From sequence record OR896839.1: 38,265 nucleotides of DNA; one strand, 5' to 3'. The notes below the pieces were generated by a model, which was given only the letters and a program-made list of their open reading frames with translations, was not told the DNA's origin and did no database searches. Both the position numbers and the translations under genes were made by a program. Below are positions 8,963 to 19,757 of the stretch, piece after piece (within the stretch, counting starts at the first letter, position 1; every line of letters starts with the position of its first letter). The DNA is from Salmonella phage S147_CPL00262.

Positions 8963-9237
8963 TGATGGGACGTATCTATAGCGGCAACCTGAACGATTAC
9001 AAAGATGCGGTAGCGCGTCTACAGGAAGACCATGACGTGACCGTGAAGGTGGAGTCATTCAGCTATGAAAACCCAGCGAAGATGTGCAGGTCATCCGGCG
9101 AGGTTCTCCGTGTGTTCACGCGCTCCGGGAATCTGGTGGCATCCAGAACCTTCGAGCATAGCGACAGTGATGTGCAAATCAACGCGCAGACTGCATGGCT
9201 CCGTAAGGTTCACAGCGATTTGAAACACTGGAAGTAA
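8962..9237 (+). CDS. 1.2: gp1.2-like inhibitor of host dGTP triphosphohydrolase
   Basis: ORF MMGRIYSGNL...SGNL...DLKHWK shares the pattern of T7 gp1.2 (recalled); start overlaps the 1.1 stop (TAATGATG). Confidence 0.7.
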   Translation: MMGRIYSGNLNDYKDAVARLQEDHDVTVKVESFSYENPAKMCRSSGEVLRVFTRSGNLVASRTFEHSDSDVQINAQTAWLRKVHSDLKHWK

Positions 9238-9257
9238 TAACCCTCACTAACAGGAGA
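9235..9257 (+). promoter_or_regulatory. T3-type phage RNAP promoter (phi1.3-equivalent)
   Basis: TAATAACCCTCACTAACAGGAGA. Confidence 0.8.
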
Positions 9258-9258
9258 A

Positions 9259-9296
9259 TCCTCAAGGTCACTTTAACGAGTGGCCTTTGTGATTCG
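9259..9296 (+). promoter_or_regulatory. Putative RNase III processing hairpin (R1.3-equivalent)
   Basis: CTCAAGGTCACTTTAACGAGTGGCCTTTGTGATT motif. Confidence 0.5.
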
Positions 9297-9331
9297 AACT
9301 GATTAACTTTCAACCAATGAGGAACAACCGT

Positions 9332-10348
9332 ATGAACATCTTCAAGACCAACCCATTCAAAGCTGTGTCATTCGTAGAGTCTGCCGTTAAGAAAGCGCTG
9401 GAGACCTCCGGCTACCTAATGGCTGATATCAAATATGATGGTGTGCGCGGTAACATTGTGGTTGACAACGTGGCTGAGGCCGCATGGTTGTCTCGCGTAT
9501 CCAAGTTCATCCCGGCGCTGGAACATCTGAACGGTTTCGATAAGCGCTGGCAGCAACTACTGAACGATGACCGCTGCATCTTCCCGGATGGCTTCATGCT
9601 GGATGGTGAACTGATGGTCAAGGGCGTAGACTTCAACACAGGGTCTGGCCTACTGAGAACCAAGTGGCTCAAGAAGAACAACTTCATGTTTGACCGTGGT
9701 GGTGTTGAGCCGCTGAAAGGTTCCAAAGTAGCCTTTGAGTTAGACCCTAAGCGCCTGAGTGTGCGCCTGTATGCGGTCATGCCAATTCACATTGCGGAGT
9801 CTGGCGAGGACTACGATGTACAGAACCTGCTGATGCCATATCATGTGGAAGCCATGCGCTCTCTTCTGGTTGAATACTTCCCGGAAATCGAGTGGCTTAT
9901 CGCTGAGACCTACGAGGTCTACGATATGGATTCGCTGAGTGAACTGTACGAGGCAAAGCGTGCCGAAGGTCACGAGGGTCTCATTGTGAAAGACCCGCAG
10001 GGCATCTATAAGCGAGGCAAGAAGTCTGGCTGGTGGAAGCTCAAGCCTGAGTGTGAAGCTGACGGTATCATTCAGGGTGTCAATTGGGGAACCGAAGGGT
10101 TAGCCAACGAGGGTAAAGTGATAGGCTTTAGTGTGCTTCTTGAGACTGGTCGTTTAGTAGACGCCAACAACATCTCTCGCGCACTGATGGACGAGTTCAC
10201 AGCCAACGTTAAAGCCCACGGTGAAGACTTCTACAACGGGTGGGCCTGTCAGGTCAACTATATGGAAGAGACCCCGGACGGCTCCCTGCGTCACCCTAGC
10301 TTCGAGAAGTTCCGAGGCACTGAGGACAACCCTCAAGAGAAAATGTAA
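9332..10348 (+). CDS. 1.3: ATP-dependent DNA ligase, gene 1.3
   Basis: ORF MNIFKTNPFKAVSFVE... with the nucleotidyltransferase motif I KYDG (adenylation lysine); SD GAGG upstream of the ATG at 9332. Confidence 0.92.
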   Translation: MNIFKTNPFKAVSFVESAVKKALETSGYLMADIKYDGVRGNIVVDNVAEAAWLSRVSKFIPALEHLNGFDKRWQQLLNDDRCIFPDGFMLDGELMVKGVDFNTGSGLLRTKWLKKNNFMFDRGGVEPLKGSKVAFELDPKRLSVRLYAVMPIHIAESGEDYDVQNLLMPYHVEAMRSLLVEYFPEIEWLIAETYEVYDMDSLSELYEAKRAEGHEGLIVKDPQGIYKRGKKSGWWKLKPECEADGIIQGVNWGTEGLANEGKVIGFSVLLETGRLVDANNISRALMDEFTANVKAHGEDFYNGWACQVNYMEETPDGSLRHPSFEKFRGTEDNPQEKM

Positions 10349-10358
10349 CCAACTCACT

Positions 10359-10390
10359 GGCTCACCTTAACGGGTGGGCCTTTCTTCGTT
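10359..10390 (+). terminator. Rho-independent early terminator (TE-equivalent)
   Basis: 8-bp stem GGCTCACC / GGTGGGCC with one G-U wobble, followed by TTTCTTCGTT, directly after the ligase stop. Confidence 0.6.
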
Positions 10391-10400
10391 CCGGGGGGGA

Positions 10401-10423
10401 ATTAACCCTCACTAACAGGAGAC
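10401..10423 (+). promoter_or_regulatory. T3-type phage RNAP promoter
   Basis: ATTAACCCTCACTAACAGGAGAC. Confidence 0.8.
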
Positions 10424-10428
10424 ACACC

Positions 10429-10506
10429 ATGTGGCTTATCCTATTCGCTATCGTCGCAACGATTAGTTTAATGGCTGCCGACGACAACATTTGGCCTGAT
10501 TGTTAA
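10429..10506 (+). CDS. Hypothetical small hydrophobic protein (25 aa; gene 1.5 position)
   Basis: MWLILFAIVATISLMAADDNIWPDC; the promoter's own AGGAGA serves as SD. Confidence 0.35.
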   Translation: MWLILFAIVATISLMAADDNIWPDC

Positions 10507-10518
10507 GGAGACAACATC

Positions 10519-10776
10519 ATGCGTTTACACTTCAACACATCAAATGGTATCTTTTCGGTTCGCCGCGAAGACCGCTCTACAGCAGTGGCCTCTGAGCGCA
10601 ACGCTAAGCTGCCGCTGATTGGTTCGGTAGTCCCATTGTCGCCTCGTGTTCACCTACTGATAACTCGTGGAGAGTTCATTAAGGCGATGAATAAAGAGCG
10701 CCCACATCTGGAAGCCGTGGTCACTTACTGGCCTCGCATCCGTCTGTTCGTTAAGTGGATTAAGGAGGTGCTGTAA
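10519..10776 (+). CDS. 1.6: gp1.6-like protein
   Basis: 85-aa ORF with SD AAGGAGA; position and size of T7 gp1.6. Confidence 0.7.
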   Translation: MRLHFNTSNGIFSVRREDRSTAVASERNAKLPLIGSVVPLSPRVHLLITRGEFIKAMNKERPHLEAVVTYWPRIRLFVKWIKEVL

Positions 10777-11264
10777 TGCTGCAACATCATTGGAACAAAC
10801 CAGACTTAGAGGATCGCTTCCCGGTTAACTCTGTTGTGCGATACTCCGGCGGTGGCCTCAAGCGCATCTTAGGGATGAGCGGAGTGGTCACTGGTCACTC
10901 ACACACAGGTCGCGTTAAGGTTCGCTTCGGTACTCATAACGCTGAGGTTCTTCCTGACAACCTGATTCCGCTGCCTAAAGCTGGCGTTAAGACTCCGAAC
11001 GTGGAAGCACCGAAGTCAGTCAAGTCTGACGTGACCCATCCGAACCACTACATGCTGTTCGACAACGTGGAAGCCATTGAGGTTATCGCCCGGTCAATGA
11101 CCGTCGAGGCGTTCCGTGGGTACTGCCTTGGGAATATTTTGAAGTACCGCCTGCGTGCTGGCAAGAAATCCGAACTGGCAACTATGGAGAAAGACCTTAA
11201 GAAAGCGGCTTTCTATCAGGAACTCTTTGACAAACATAAGGGGCTGTGTTATGACGCTTCGTGA
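10776..11264 (+). CDS. 1.7: gp1.7-like nucleotide kinase
   Basis: 162-aa ORF, start overlaps the 1.6 stop (TAATG); C-terminal region ...HYMLFDNVEAIEVIARSMTVEAFRGYCLGNILKYRLRAGKK resembles T7 gp1.7 as recalled. Confidence 0.7.
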   Translation: MLQHHWNKPDLEDRFPVNSVVRYSGGGLKRILGMSGVVTGHSHTGRVKVRFGTHNAEVLPDNLIPLPKAGVKTPNVEAPKSVKSDVTHPNHYMLFDNVEAIEVIARSMTVEAFRGYCLGNILKYRLRAGKKSELATMEKDLKKAAFYQELFDKHKGLCYDAS

Positions 11265-11388
11265 ATGCTGCGATTGGTGTGCCGCTAAGTGGAACCAAGC
11301 TATCGAGGCTGGTGACGAGGTTGCTGCCAACGCCTACCAACAACTGTACGCGCTGTGGGAGCGGCGCTTTAAGGAGGCCAATAAATGA
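11251..11388 (+). CDS. 1.8: gp1.8-like small protein
   Basis: 45-aa [26 protein letters not shown]...; overlaps the 1.7 end and the gene 2 start. Confidence 0.55.
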   Translation: MTLRECCDWCAAKWNQAIEAGDEVAANAYQQLYALWERRFKEANK

Positions 11389-11621
11389 GCCAGTGTAACA
11401 ACGGGTGCCAGTATGCGAAGGACGTAGGGATGGAGAACCACTCCTGTGCAAATCGCTGCATGTACTCAGAACAGAAATACCTTCTGACGATAGAAGGCAA
11501 CACCGAGTCCTTTGAGGTTCCGGTATTCGCCCGGTCTCTCGAAGAGGCAACGCTACAGGCTGAACATTATGAGGACGCTGGGTTCGTAGTGACTCGCATC
11601 CGTCCAGAAGTGAAAGCCTAA
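11385..11621 (+). CDS. 2: gp2-like inhibitor of host RNA polymerase
   Basis: 78-aa ORF; C-terminal ...[35 protein letters not shown] resembles T7 gp2 as recalled. Confidence 0.7.
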   Translation: MSQCNNGCQYAKDVGMENHSCANRCMYSEQKYLLTIEGNTESFEVPVFARSLEEATLQAEHYEDAGFVVTRIRPEVKA

Positions 11622-11642
11622 TTACCCTCACTAAAGGGAACA
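11621..11642 (+). promoter_or_regulatory. T3-type phage RNAP promoter (phi2.5-equivalent)
   Basis: ATTACCCTCACTAAAGGGAACA (one-base variant of the consensus). Confidence 0.7.
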
Positions 11643-11673
11643 ACCCAATCATTAACCACAAAGGAGAAACATT

Positions 11674-12372
11674 ATGGCTGGTTTCAAGAAGAAAATTTAC
11701 ACCTCTGGTCTTGGCACTGCTGAGCCTTATGCGTATCTGAGTAAGCCGGATTATGGCAACGAAGAGCGTGGCTTCGGCAACCCTCGTGGTGTCTATAAGG
11801 TAGACCTGACTCTTTCCAATAAAGACCCGCGCTGTCAGGCAATGGTCGATGAAATCGTGAAGTGTCACGAAGAGGCTTATGCTGCTGCCGTGGAAGAGTT
11901 CGAAGCTAACCCGCCGCAGGTACAGCGTGGTAAGAAACCACTGAAACCTTACGAGGGCGACATGCCGTTCTTCGATAACGGTGACGGTACGACTACCTTC
12001 AAGTTCAAATGCTATGCGTCTTTCCAAGATAAGAAGACCAAAGAGACCAAGCACATCAATCTGGTCGTGGTCGATAGCAAAGGCAAGAAGATTCAGGAAG
12101 TGCCGATTATCGGTGGCGGCTCCAAGCTGAAAGTGAAATACTCTCTGGTGCCTTACAAGTGGAACACCGCTGTGGGTGCAAGCGTCAAGCTGCAACTGGA
12201 GTCCGTGATGCTGGTCGAACTGGCTACCTTCGGTGGTGGCGGTGAAGATGAGTGGGCCGATGAAGTCGAAGATGGTGGTTACACTGCGAGTGAATCCCGT
12301 CAGTCCCGCGATGAGCAGGAGTGGCAGGAAGACGAGCACGAAGAAACCCCGGATGACGACGAGGACTTCTAA
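11674..12372 (+). CDS. 2.5: Single-stranded DNA-binding protein, gene 2.5
   Basis: 232-aa ORF with the characteristic acidic C-terminal tail ending ...DDDEDF; SD AAGGAGA. Confidence 0.95.
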   Translation: MAGFKKKIYTSGLGTAEPYAYLSKPDYGNEERGFGNPRGVYKVDLTLSNKDPRCQAMVDEIVKCHEEAYAAAVEEFEANPPQVQRGKKPLKPYEGDMPFFDNGDGTTTFKFKCYASFQDKKTKETKHINLVVVDSKGKKIQEVPIIGGGSKLKVKYSLVPYKWNTAVGASVKLQLESVMLVELATFGGGGEDEWADEVEDGGYTASESRQSRDEQEWQEDEHEETPDDDEDF

Positions 12373-12833
12373 TGGCTGGCGCATACGCTGCGCGAGGTGT
12401 ACGCAAGGTCGGAGCATTCCGTTCCGGCCTAGAGGATAAAGTCTCAAAGCAGCTTGAGAGTAAGGGAATTAAGTTCGACTATGAACTTTGGCGTATCCCT
12501 TACGTCATCCCTGCGAGTGACCACTTATACACTCCAGACTTCCTGCTGCCTAATGGCATCTTCATTGAGACCAAAGGGCTGTGGGATTCCGATGACCGCA
12601 AGAAACACCTTTTGATTCGTGAGCAACACCCTGAACTGGACATTCGCTTGGTCTTCTCAAGCAGCCGCTCAAAGCTCTACAAGGGTAGTCCAACAAGCTA
12701 CGCCGAGTGGTGTGAGAAGCATGGCATTCTGTTTGCTGACAAGCTAATTCCGGTGGAGTGGCTCAAAGAACCCAAGAAGGAGGTTCCGTTCGATAAATTT
12801 AAGACTAAGAAAGGAGTAAAGAAAAATGGCTAA
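12372..12833 (+). CDS. 3: Endonuclease I (Holliday junction resolvase), gene 3
   Basis: 153-aa ORF with basic C-terminus, in the position of T7 endonuclease I. Confidence 0.9.
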   Translation: MAGAYAARGVRKVGAFRSGLEDKVSKQLESKGIKFDYELWRIPYVIPASDHLYTPDFLLPNGIFIETKGLWDSDDRKKHLLIREQHPELDIRLVFSSSRSKLYKGSPTSYAEWCEKHGILFADKLIPVEWLKEPKKEVPFDKFKTKKGVKKNG

Positions 12834-13281
12834 AGTTCAATTCAAACCACGAGAAACCACGGAGGCAATCTTTGTGCATTGCTCAGCAACCAAGCCAAGC
12901 CAGAACATTGGCGTTCGTGAGATTCGTCAGTGGCACAAAGAGCAGGGCTGGTTAGACGTAGGATATCACTTCATCATCAAGCGTGATGGCACTGTGGAAG
13001 CAGGCCGCGATGAACTGGCTGTAGGTTCCCACGTGAAAGGTTACAACCACAACTCCGTAGGCGTATGCCTCGTGGGTGGGATTGATGATAAAGGCAAGTT
13101 CGACGCCAACTTTACACCTGCGCAAATGCAAGCGCTGCGTAGTCTGCTGGTCACGCTGCTGGCGAAGTATGAGGGTTCAGTCCTTCGTGCTCACCATGAC
13201 GTTGCACCCAAAGCCTGCCCGTCCTTCGACTTGAAGCGCTGGTGGGAGAAGAACGAACTGGTTACATCTGACAGAGGGTGA
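12826..13281 (+). CDS. 3.5: N-acetylmuramoyl-L-alanine amidase (T7 lysozyme type), gene 3.5
   Basis: 151-aa ORF MAKVQFKPRETTEAIFVHCSATKPS...; matches T7 lysozyme as recalled. Confidence 0.95.
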   Translation: MAKVQFKPRETTEAIFVHCSATKPSQNIGVREIRQWHKEQGWLDVGYHFIIKRDGTVEAGRDELAVGSHVKGYNHNSVGVCLVGGIDDKGKFDANFTPAQMQALRSLLVTLLAKYEGSVLRAHHDVAPKACPSFDLKRWWEKNELVTSDRG

Positions 13282-13285
13282 TACC

Positions 13286-13393
13286 ATGAGGATGATTTGT
13301 ATTCGCTGTGATAAGCCGTTGAAGAGTCGTGTACCGTCACGTCAGTGTCAGTGCAAAGACCCAATCAAGGCTGAGGAACACACCGAGGAATAA
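13286..13393 (+). CDS. Hypothetical small Cys-rich protein (35 aa)
   Basis: MRMICIRCDKPLKSRVPSRQCQCKDPIKAEEHTEE; CxxC...CxC pattern; lies where I recall T7 carrying the larger gene 3.8. Confidence 0.35.
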   Translation: MRMICIRCDKPLKSRVPSRQCQCKDPIKAEEHTEE

Positions 13394-13414
13394 TTAACAC
13401 TCACTAAAGGGATG
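13392..13414 (+). promoter_or_regulatory. T3-type phage RNAP promoter (variant)
   Basis: AATTAACACTCACTAAAGGGATG. Confidence 0.65.
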
Positions 13415-13446
13415 ACATAACGTTGTCCCTTTGTTCGCACTATTGA

Positions 13447-15162
<1,716 letters not shown>

Positions 15163-15212
15163 GTACCAGTGCCACTGCGGTCATCCAGACTGTGATGGCG
15201 GAATGTACCACT

Positions 15213-15236
15213 AATTAACCCTCACTAACGGGAACA
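15213..15236 (+). promoter_or_regulatory. T3-type phage RNAP promoter
   Basis: AATTAACCCTCACTAACGGGAACA. Confidence 0.8.
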
Positions 15237-15261
15237 ACCATTAAACCATAGGAGACACACC

Positions 15262-15474
15262 ATGTTTAAATTAATTAACGCTTTAGGTAAGCTGGTAGTT
15301 AAACTGTACTTCATCGAAGCCAAGAAGCTGGACAAGAAGGCCAAAGCTGATTCACAGCGAGCCATTGAGTTGGCGAAACAGTCCCGCGAGAAATCCGATG
15401 CGGCTGTTAGTGGCATCCACAAGTCGGCAGCGATTGCAGCCAAAGCACAGTCCATGAGCAAATTCTTTGAGTAA
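15262..15474 (+). CDS. 4.3: gp4.3-like protein
   Basis: 70-aa ORF with SD AGGAGA, in the position of T7 gp4.3. Confidence 0.7.
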   Translation: MFKLINALGKLVVKLYFIEAKKLDKKAKADSQRAIELAKQSREKSDAAVSGIHKSAAIAAKAQSMSKFFE

Positions 15475-15486
15475 GGAGCGAACACT

Positions 15487-15771
15487 ATGAGCAAGTCAAT
15501 CACCCACGCAAACACCATCCGTCTGCCAGACACCGCCGACCAGTTCTCACGCCGAGTACACATCAATGTGCGTGGTGAGAAGGTAACGATGGTCTACCGC
15601 TGGAAAGACCACAAGTCTCCGAAAGCACACACTCAACGAATGACCTTGGATGACAAGCAGGTCGGTCGCTTGATGGGTGCCCTGACTATGGCTGCTGACA
15701 AGGTGGTCGGTGACAACCGTGAGCGTCTGGTAGAGTTCGGCGCTGGTATGCAAGAGATTATCGAGAAGTGA
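15487..15771 (+). CDS. 4.5: gp4.5-like protein
   Basis: 94-aa ORF with SD AAGGAG, in the position of T7 gp4.5. Confidence 0.7.
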   Translation: MSKSITHANTIRLPDTADQFSRRVHINVRGEKVTMVYRWKDHKSPKAHTQRMTLDDKQVGRLMGALTMAADKVVGDNRERLVEFGAGMQEIIEK

Positions 15772-15780
15772 TAAACTCAA

Positions 15781-15818
15781 GGTCGCCCAAGGGTGGCCTT
15801 TATGATTATCATTTAATG
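15781..15818 (+). promoter_or_regulatory. Putative RNase III processing hairpin (R4.7-equivalent)
   Basis: AAACTCAAGGTCGCCCAAGGGTGGCCTTTATGATTATCA motif. Confidence 0.55.
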
Positions 15819-15838
15819 AGAAACTATAGGAGGGCATT

Positions 15839-17953
15839 ATGCTCGTAAGTGACATTGAGGCCAACAACCTCTTAGAGAAAGTCACCAAGTTTCACTGTGG
15901 CGTTATCTATGACTACCGCGATGGTGAGTATCATAGTTATCGTCCGGGCGACTTCGGGGCGTATCTGGACGCGCTGGAAGCCGAGGTGAAGCGAGGTGGG
16001 CTTATTGTTTTCCATAACGGTCACAAGTATGACGTTCCGGCTTTAGAGAAACTCGCAAAGCTGCAACTCAATCGTGACTTCAAGTTACCCCGTGAGAATT
16101 GTATTGACACATTGGTACTCTCGCGTTTACTTCATGCGAACCTTAAAGACACAGACATGGGGCTTCTTCGTTCCGGGAAACTACCCGGTCGTCGCTTCGG
16201 GTCTCACGCTCTTGAGGCATGGGGTTATCGCTTGGGCGAGATGAAGGGTGAATACAAGGACGACTTCAAGGCTATGCTGGAAGAGCAGGGCGAAGAATAT
16301 GTTGAGGGTGCTGAGTGGGTTTCGTTCAACGAGCCGATGATGGCATATAACGTTCAAGACGTTGTGGTAACTGTCAAGCTCTTAGAGAAATTCCTCACAG
16401 ACCTCCACTACTTCCCTGCGGGTATGGACTTCACGAAGTACGATGCGGATTTATTCTGGCGAGAAGCTGGCGAGTCTGTGGATATTGAACATCGTGCAGC
16501 GTGGCTGTTAGCGAAGCAGGAGCGTAACGGCTTCCCGTTCAACACCAAGGCAATTGAGGAACTTTATGTAGAACTGGCAGCGAAACGCGCCGAACTTCTG
16601 CGAAAGTTAACCGAAACGTTTGGCTCATGGTATCAACCGAAAGGCGGTAAGGAACTCTTCAAGCACCCACGGACAGGCAAGCCGCTGCCGAGTTATCCTC
16701 GCGTGGTCTATCCGAAACAGGGTGGCGTGTACAAGAAGCCTCGTAATAAGGCACAGCGCGAAGGTCTTGAACCTTGCGACTTGGACACGAGGGATTACAT
16801 GGAGGGTGCCCCGTATACTCCGGTCGAGTTCGTTACGTTCAAGCCAAGTAGCCGCGACCACATTCAGAAGAAACTACAGGAGGCCGGATGGGTTCCTGAG
16901 AAGTTCACCGAGAAGGGTGCGCCTGTGGTGGACGATGAGGTCTTGGAGCATGTACGAGTGGATGACCCTGAGAAGCAGGCGTGCATTGACTTGATTAAAG
17001 AGTACCTGATGATTCAGAAGCGAATCGGTCAGGCAGCAGAAGGTGACAAAGCGTGGTTACGTTATGTTCAAGATGATGGTAAGATTCATGGAGCCGTTAA
17101 CCCTAACGGTGCAGTTACTGGTCGTGCTACTCATAGTTTCCCAAACCTTGCACAAGTACCCGGCGTTCGTTCTCCTTACGGGGAGCAGTGTCGTAGCGCT
17201 TTTGGCGCTGAACATCATTTGGATGGGATTACTGGCAAGCCGTGGGTGCAAGCGGGGATAGACGCCAGTGGCTTAGAGTTGCGCTGTCTGGCACACTTCA
17301 TGGCTCGCTTCGACAACGGAGAGTATGCGAATGAGATTCTCAACGGTGACATTCACACCAAGAACCAGAACGCTGCTGAACTCCCAACGCGCGACAACGC
17401 CAAGACATTCATTTACGGGTTCCTTTACGGAGCCGGAGATGAGAAGATTGGTCAGATTGTTGGGGCAGGGAAGGAGCGCGGGAAGGAACTCAAGAAGAAA
17501 TTCTTAGAGAACACCCCGGCGATTGCAGCGCTACGAGAAGCTATCCAACAGTCTCTCGTTAAGTCTTCCGCTTGGATTGGCGGTGAGCAGAAAGTCCAGT
17601 GGAAACGCCGTTGGATTAAGGGTCTGGATGGTCGCAAGGTTCACGTCAGGTCTCCACACGCAGCGCTCAACACTTTGTTGCAGTCTGCTGGTGCTCTGAT
17701 TTGTAAGCTGTGGATTATCAAGACCGAAGAGATGCTCATTGAGAAAGGCTTGAAGCATGGCTGGGATGGTGACTTTGCGTACATGGCTTGGGTTCACGAT
17801 GAGATTCAGGTGGCCTGCCGTACAGAGCACATCGCTCAGATTGTTATTGACACCGCGCAGGAAGCTATGCGTTGGGTCGGAGCGCATTGGGCTTTCCGTT
17901 GTCGTTTAGATACCGAGGGTAAGATGGGGCCGAATTGGGCTGTCTGCCACTAA
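15839..17953 (+). CDS. 5: DNA polymerase (family A, with thioredoxin-binding insertion), gene 5
   Basis: 704-aa ORF with 3'-5' exonuclease and polymerase regions and the thioredoxin-binding segment ...KKPRNKAQREGLEPCDLDTRDY... Confidence 0.97.
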   Translation: MLVSDIEANNLLEKVTKFHCGVIYDYRDGEYHSYRPGDFGAYLDALEAEVKRGGLIVFHNGHKYDVPALEKLAKLQLNRDFKLPRENCIDTLVLSRLLHANLKDTDMGLLRSGKLPGRRFGSHALEAWGYRLGEMKGEYKDDFKAMLEEQGEEYVEGAEWVSFNEPMMAYNVQDVVVTVKLLEKFLTDLHYFPAGMDFTKYDADLFWREAGESVDIEHRAAWLLAKQERNGFPFNTKAIEELYVELAAKRAELLRKLTETFGSWYQPKGGKELFKHPRTGKPLPSYPRVVYPKQGGVYKKPRNKAQREGLEPCDLDTRDYMEGAPYTPVEFVTFKPSSRDHIQKKLQEAGWVPEKFTEKGAPVVDDEVLEHVRVDDPEKQACIDLIKEYLMIQKRIGQAAEGDKAWLRYVQDDGKIHGAVNPNGAVTGRATHSFPNLAQVPGVRSPYGEQCRSAFGAEHHLDGITGKPWVQAGIDASGLELRCLAHFMARFDNGEYANEILNGDIHTKNQNAAELPTRDNAKTFIYGFLYGAGDEKIGQIVGAGKERGKELKKKFLENTPAIAALREAIQQSLVKSSAWIGGEQKVQWKRRWIKGLDGRKVHVRSPHAALNTLLQSAGALICKLWIIKTEEMLIEKGLKHGWDGDFAYMAWVHDEIQVACRTEHIAQIVIDTAQEAMRWVGAHWAFRCRLDTEGKMGPNWAVCH

Positions 17954-17971
17954 TTCTATAGGAGAAACATT

Positions 17972-18277
17972 ATGGCAATGACCAAACACTTTAAAGTAAC
18001 CTTCGACGTTACCGCTGTGATTGACAGCGAATCCGAGAAGAATCTGAACGAGTTGCTGGTAGACCTAGCTAAGAAGGCCGGGGCTGGCGAGAAGCTGAAT
18101 CCGTTCAAACAAGAACTGCTTATTCAAGGCCTGACACACGGGCCGGAAGGCGCTGCTGCGTTCTGTATCAAGCAAGGTCTCCGTGAGTTTATCCGTGATG
18201 GTCACAGTGAGTTAAGCTCTACAGAGCAGAAGCTAATGAAATTCTCACCTGCAACTGTACGCGAGGTGTTCAAATGA
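17972..18277 (+). CDS. 5.5: gp5.5-like protein (H-NS-binding in T7)
   Basis: 101-aa ORF MAMTKHFKVTFDVTA... resembling T7 gp5.5 as recalled; no gene 5.3 is present between gene 5 and this ORF. Confidence 0.75.
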   Translation: MAMTKHFKVTFDVTAVIDSESEKNLNELLVDLAKKAGAGEKLNPFKQELLIQGLTHGPEGAAAFCIKQGLREFIRDGHSELSSTEQKLMKFSPATVREVFK

Positions 18278-18483
18278 GTGAATACCTGAAAGTTCTGGCA
18301 GCTATCAAAGGCTGCCCTAAGTCCTTTCAGTCGAACTATGTGCGAAACAATGCGGCTCTCGTAGCTGAGGCCGCTTCTCGTGGACACATTAGCTGTTTGA
18401 CTGTGGGCGGTCGCAATGGTGGAGCATGGGAGGTCACAGCCTCTGGTGTTCGCTTCCTGAAACGAATGGGAGGTTGCGTATGA
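18274..18483 (+). CDS. 5.7: gp5.7-like protein
   Basis: 69-aa ORF, same length as T7 gp5.7; start overlaps the 5.5 stop. Confidence 0.7.
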   Translation: MSEYLKVLAAIKGCPKSFQSNYVRNNAALVAEAASRGHISCLTVGGRNGGAWEVTASGVRFLKRMGGCV

Positions 18484-18662
18484 TTATGCCTAAGAGTGAC
18501 ACCGTAACGATGACCCGTGATGCGTGGAACGATGTTAGCGCGTACATTGATAAGCTGGAGAAAGACCTAGAGTTCCTGAATGCGCTTAAGGCGTGTGGTG
18601 TGGATAATTGGGACGGATACTCTGATGCAGTAGAAATGGTTTACGGGGAGGATGACGAATGA
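18480..18662 (+). CDS. 5.9: gp5.9-like acidic protein (RecBCD inhibitor in T7)
   Basis: 60-aa acidic ORF starting at the ATG that overlaps the 5.7 stop (ATGA). Confidence 0.6.
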   Translation: MIMPKSDTVTMTRDAWNDVSAYIDKLEKDLEFLNALKACGVDNWDGYSDAVEMVYGEDDE

Positions 18663-19570
18663 GCCTAATCACATTGAAAGACTTCGCGGAGATGCGTGAA
18701 GGTAAGCCTATGGAGAAGGGAGTGCTGGTCATGGATGGTGACTGGTTGGTATATCAGTCAATGGCTGCTGCCGAAGTTGAGACGGATTGGGGAGACGACA
18801 TTTGGACTCTTGAGTGTGACCACGCCAAGGCACGGAGCATTCTCGATTCTGCAATCGAATCGTACCGAACCCGTAAGAAGGCTTGGAGTGACGCTATGGT
18901 TGTTCTGGCGTATACCGACGATGTGAACTGGCGTAAGGTACTGGTTGATGAGACCTATAAGGAGAACCGTAAGGCGACCCGTAAGCCTGTAGGATACCGT
19001 GACTTCTTAGCGAAGCTGTGGGAGCGCGATGAGTTCATTCACATCAAAGAGGACATGCTGGAAGGTGATGACGTTATGGGCATCATTGGGTCTGGTCACG
19101 AGGTCTTCGGCTTCAAGAAAGCTGTGTTGGTCTCCTGTGACAAGGACTTCAAGACTATCCCGGACGTTGACTTCCTGTGGTGTACCACTGGTAACATCTT
19201 GACGCAGACCAAAGAGACCGCTGATTGGTGGCATCTCTTCCAGACCATCAAGGGTGATATGACTGATGGCTACTCCGGGATTCCCGGCTGGGGCGATACG
19301 GCAGAAGGTTTCCTGAATGACCCGTTCATTGTGGAGCCTGTAGAGTCCGTGTTGAAGTCCGGTAAGAACAAGGGGCAGACAGTAACCAAGTGGGTGAAGC
19401 GTGCTCCTGATGCGACTGAGACGCTGTGGGACTGCATTAAATCCATTGGTGCCAAAGCTGGGATGACCGAGCAGGAAATCATCAAGCAAGGCCAAATGGC
19501 TCGCATTCTTCGCTTCGAGGAATACAATTACATTGACAAGGAGATTTACTTGTGGACGCCGCAAAGCTGA
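18659..19570 (+). CDS. 6: 5'-3' exonuclease, gene 6
   Basis: 303-aa ORF in the position of T7 gene 6. Confidence 0.93.
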   Translation: MSLITLKDFAEMREGKPMEKGVLVMDGDWLVYQSMAAAEVETDWGDDIWTLECDHAKARSILDSAIESYRTRKKAWSDAMVVLAYTDDVNWRKVLVDETYKENRKATRKPVGYRDFLAKLWERDEFIHIKEDMLEGDDVMGIIGSGHEVFGFKKAVLVSCDKDFKTIPDVDFLWCTTGNILTQTKETADWWHLFQTIKGDMTDGYSGIPGWGDTAEGFLNDPFIVEPVESVLKSGKNKGQTVTKWVKRAPDATETLWDCIKSIGAKAGMTEQEIIKQGQMARILRFEEYNYIDKEIYLWTPQS

Positions 19571-19665
19571 TTACCATCGCTGTGCTGGTAGGTATGCTGG
19601 CGCGAGGTCTCTGGATGTTCGCTCTCATAGTCCGAGACGTGAAGCGAGACTCCGAGATTAAGTGA
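19552..19665 (+). CDS. 6.3: gp6.3-like small protein (GTG start)
   Basis: 37-codon ORF overlapping the gene 6 end; GTG start with SD AAGGAG 8 nt upstream; same length as T7 gp6.3. Confidence 0.4.
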   Translation: MDAAKLITIAVLVGMLARGLWMFALIVRDVKRDSEIK

Positions 19666-19667
19666 TA

Positions 19668-19735
19668 AACTCAAGGCTCTCTGTATTAACCCTCACTAAA
19701 GGGAAGAGGGAGCCTTTATGATTATTACTTTAAGA
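19668..19735 (+). promoter_or_regulatory. RNase III-type hairpin (R6.5-equivalent) enclosing a phage promoter
   Basis: AAACTCAAGGCTCTCTG ... AGAGGGAGCCTTTATGATT arms flank the promoter at 19684-19707. Confidence 0.55.
19684..19707 (+). promoter_or_regulatory. T3-type phage RNAP promoter (phi6.5-equivalent)
   Basis: TATTAACCCTCACTAAAGGGAAGA. Confidence 0.8.
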
Positions 19736-19757
19736 CTTAACCTTAAGAGGTGAATTT

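Noticed and set aside
11197-12447. 416-aa ORF on the minus strand
   Set aside because: Antisense to the well-supported genes 1.8, 2, 2.5 and 3; no SD or promoter; the translation is low-complexity. Every credible gene in this genome is on the + strand.
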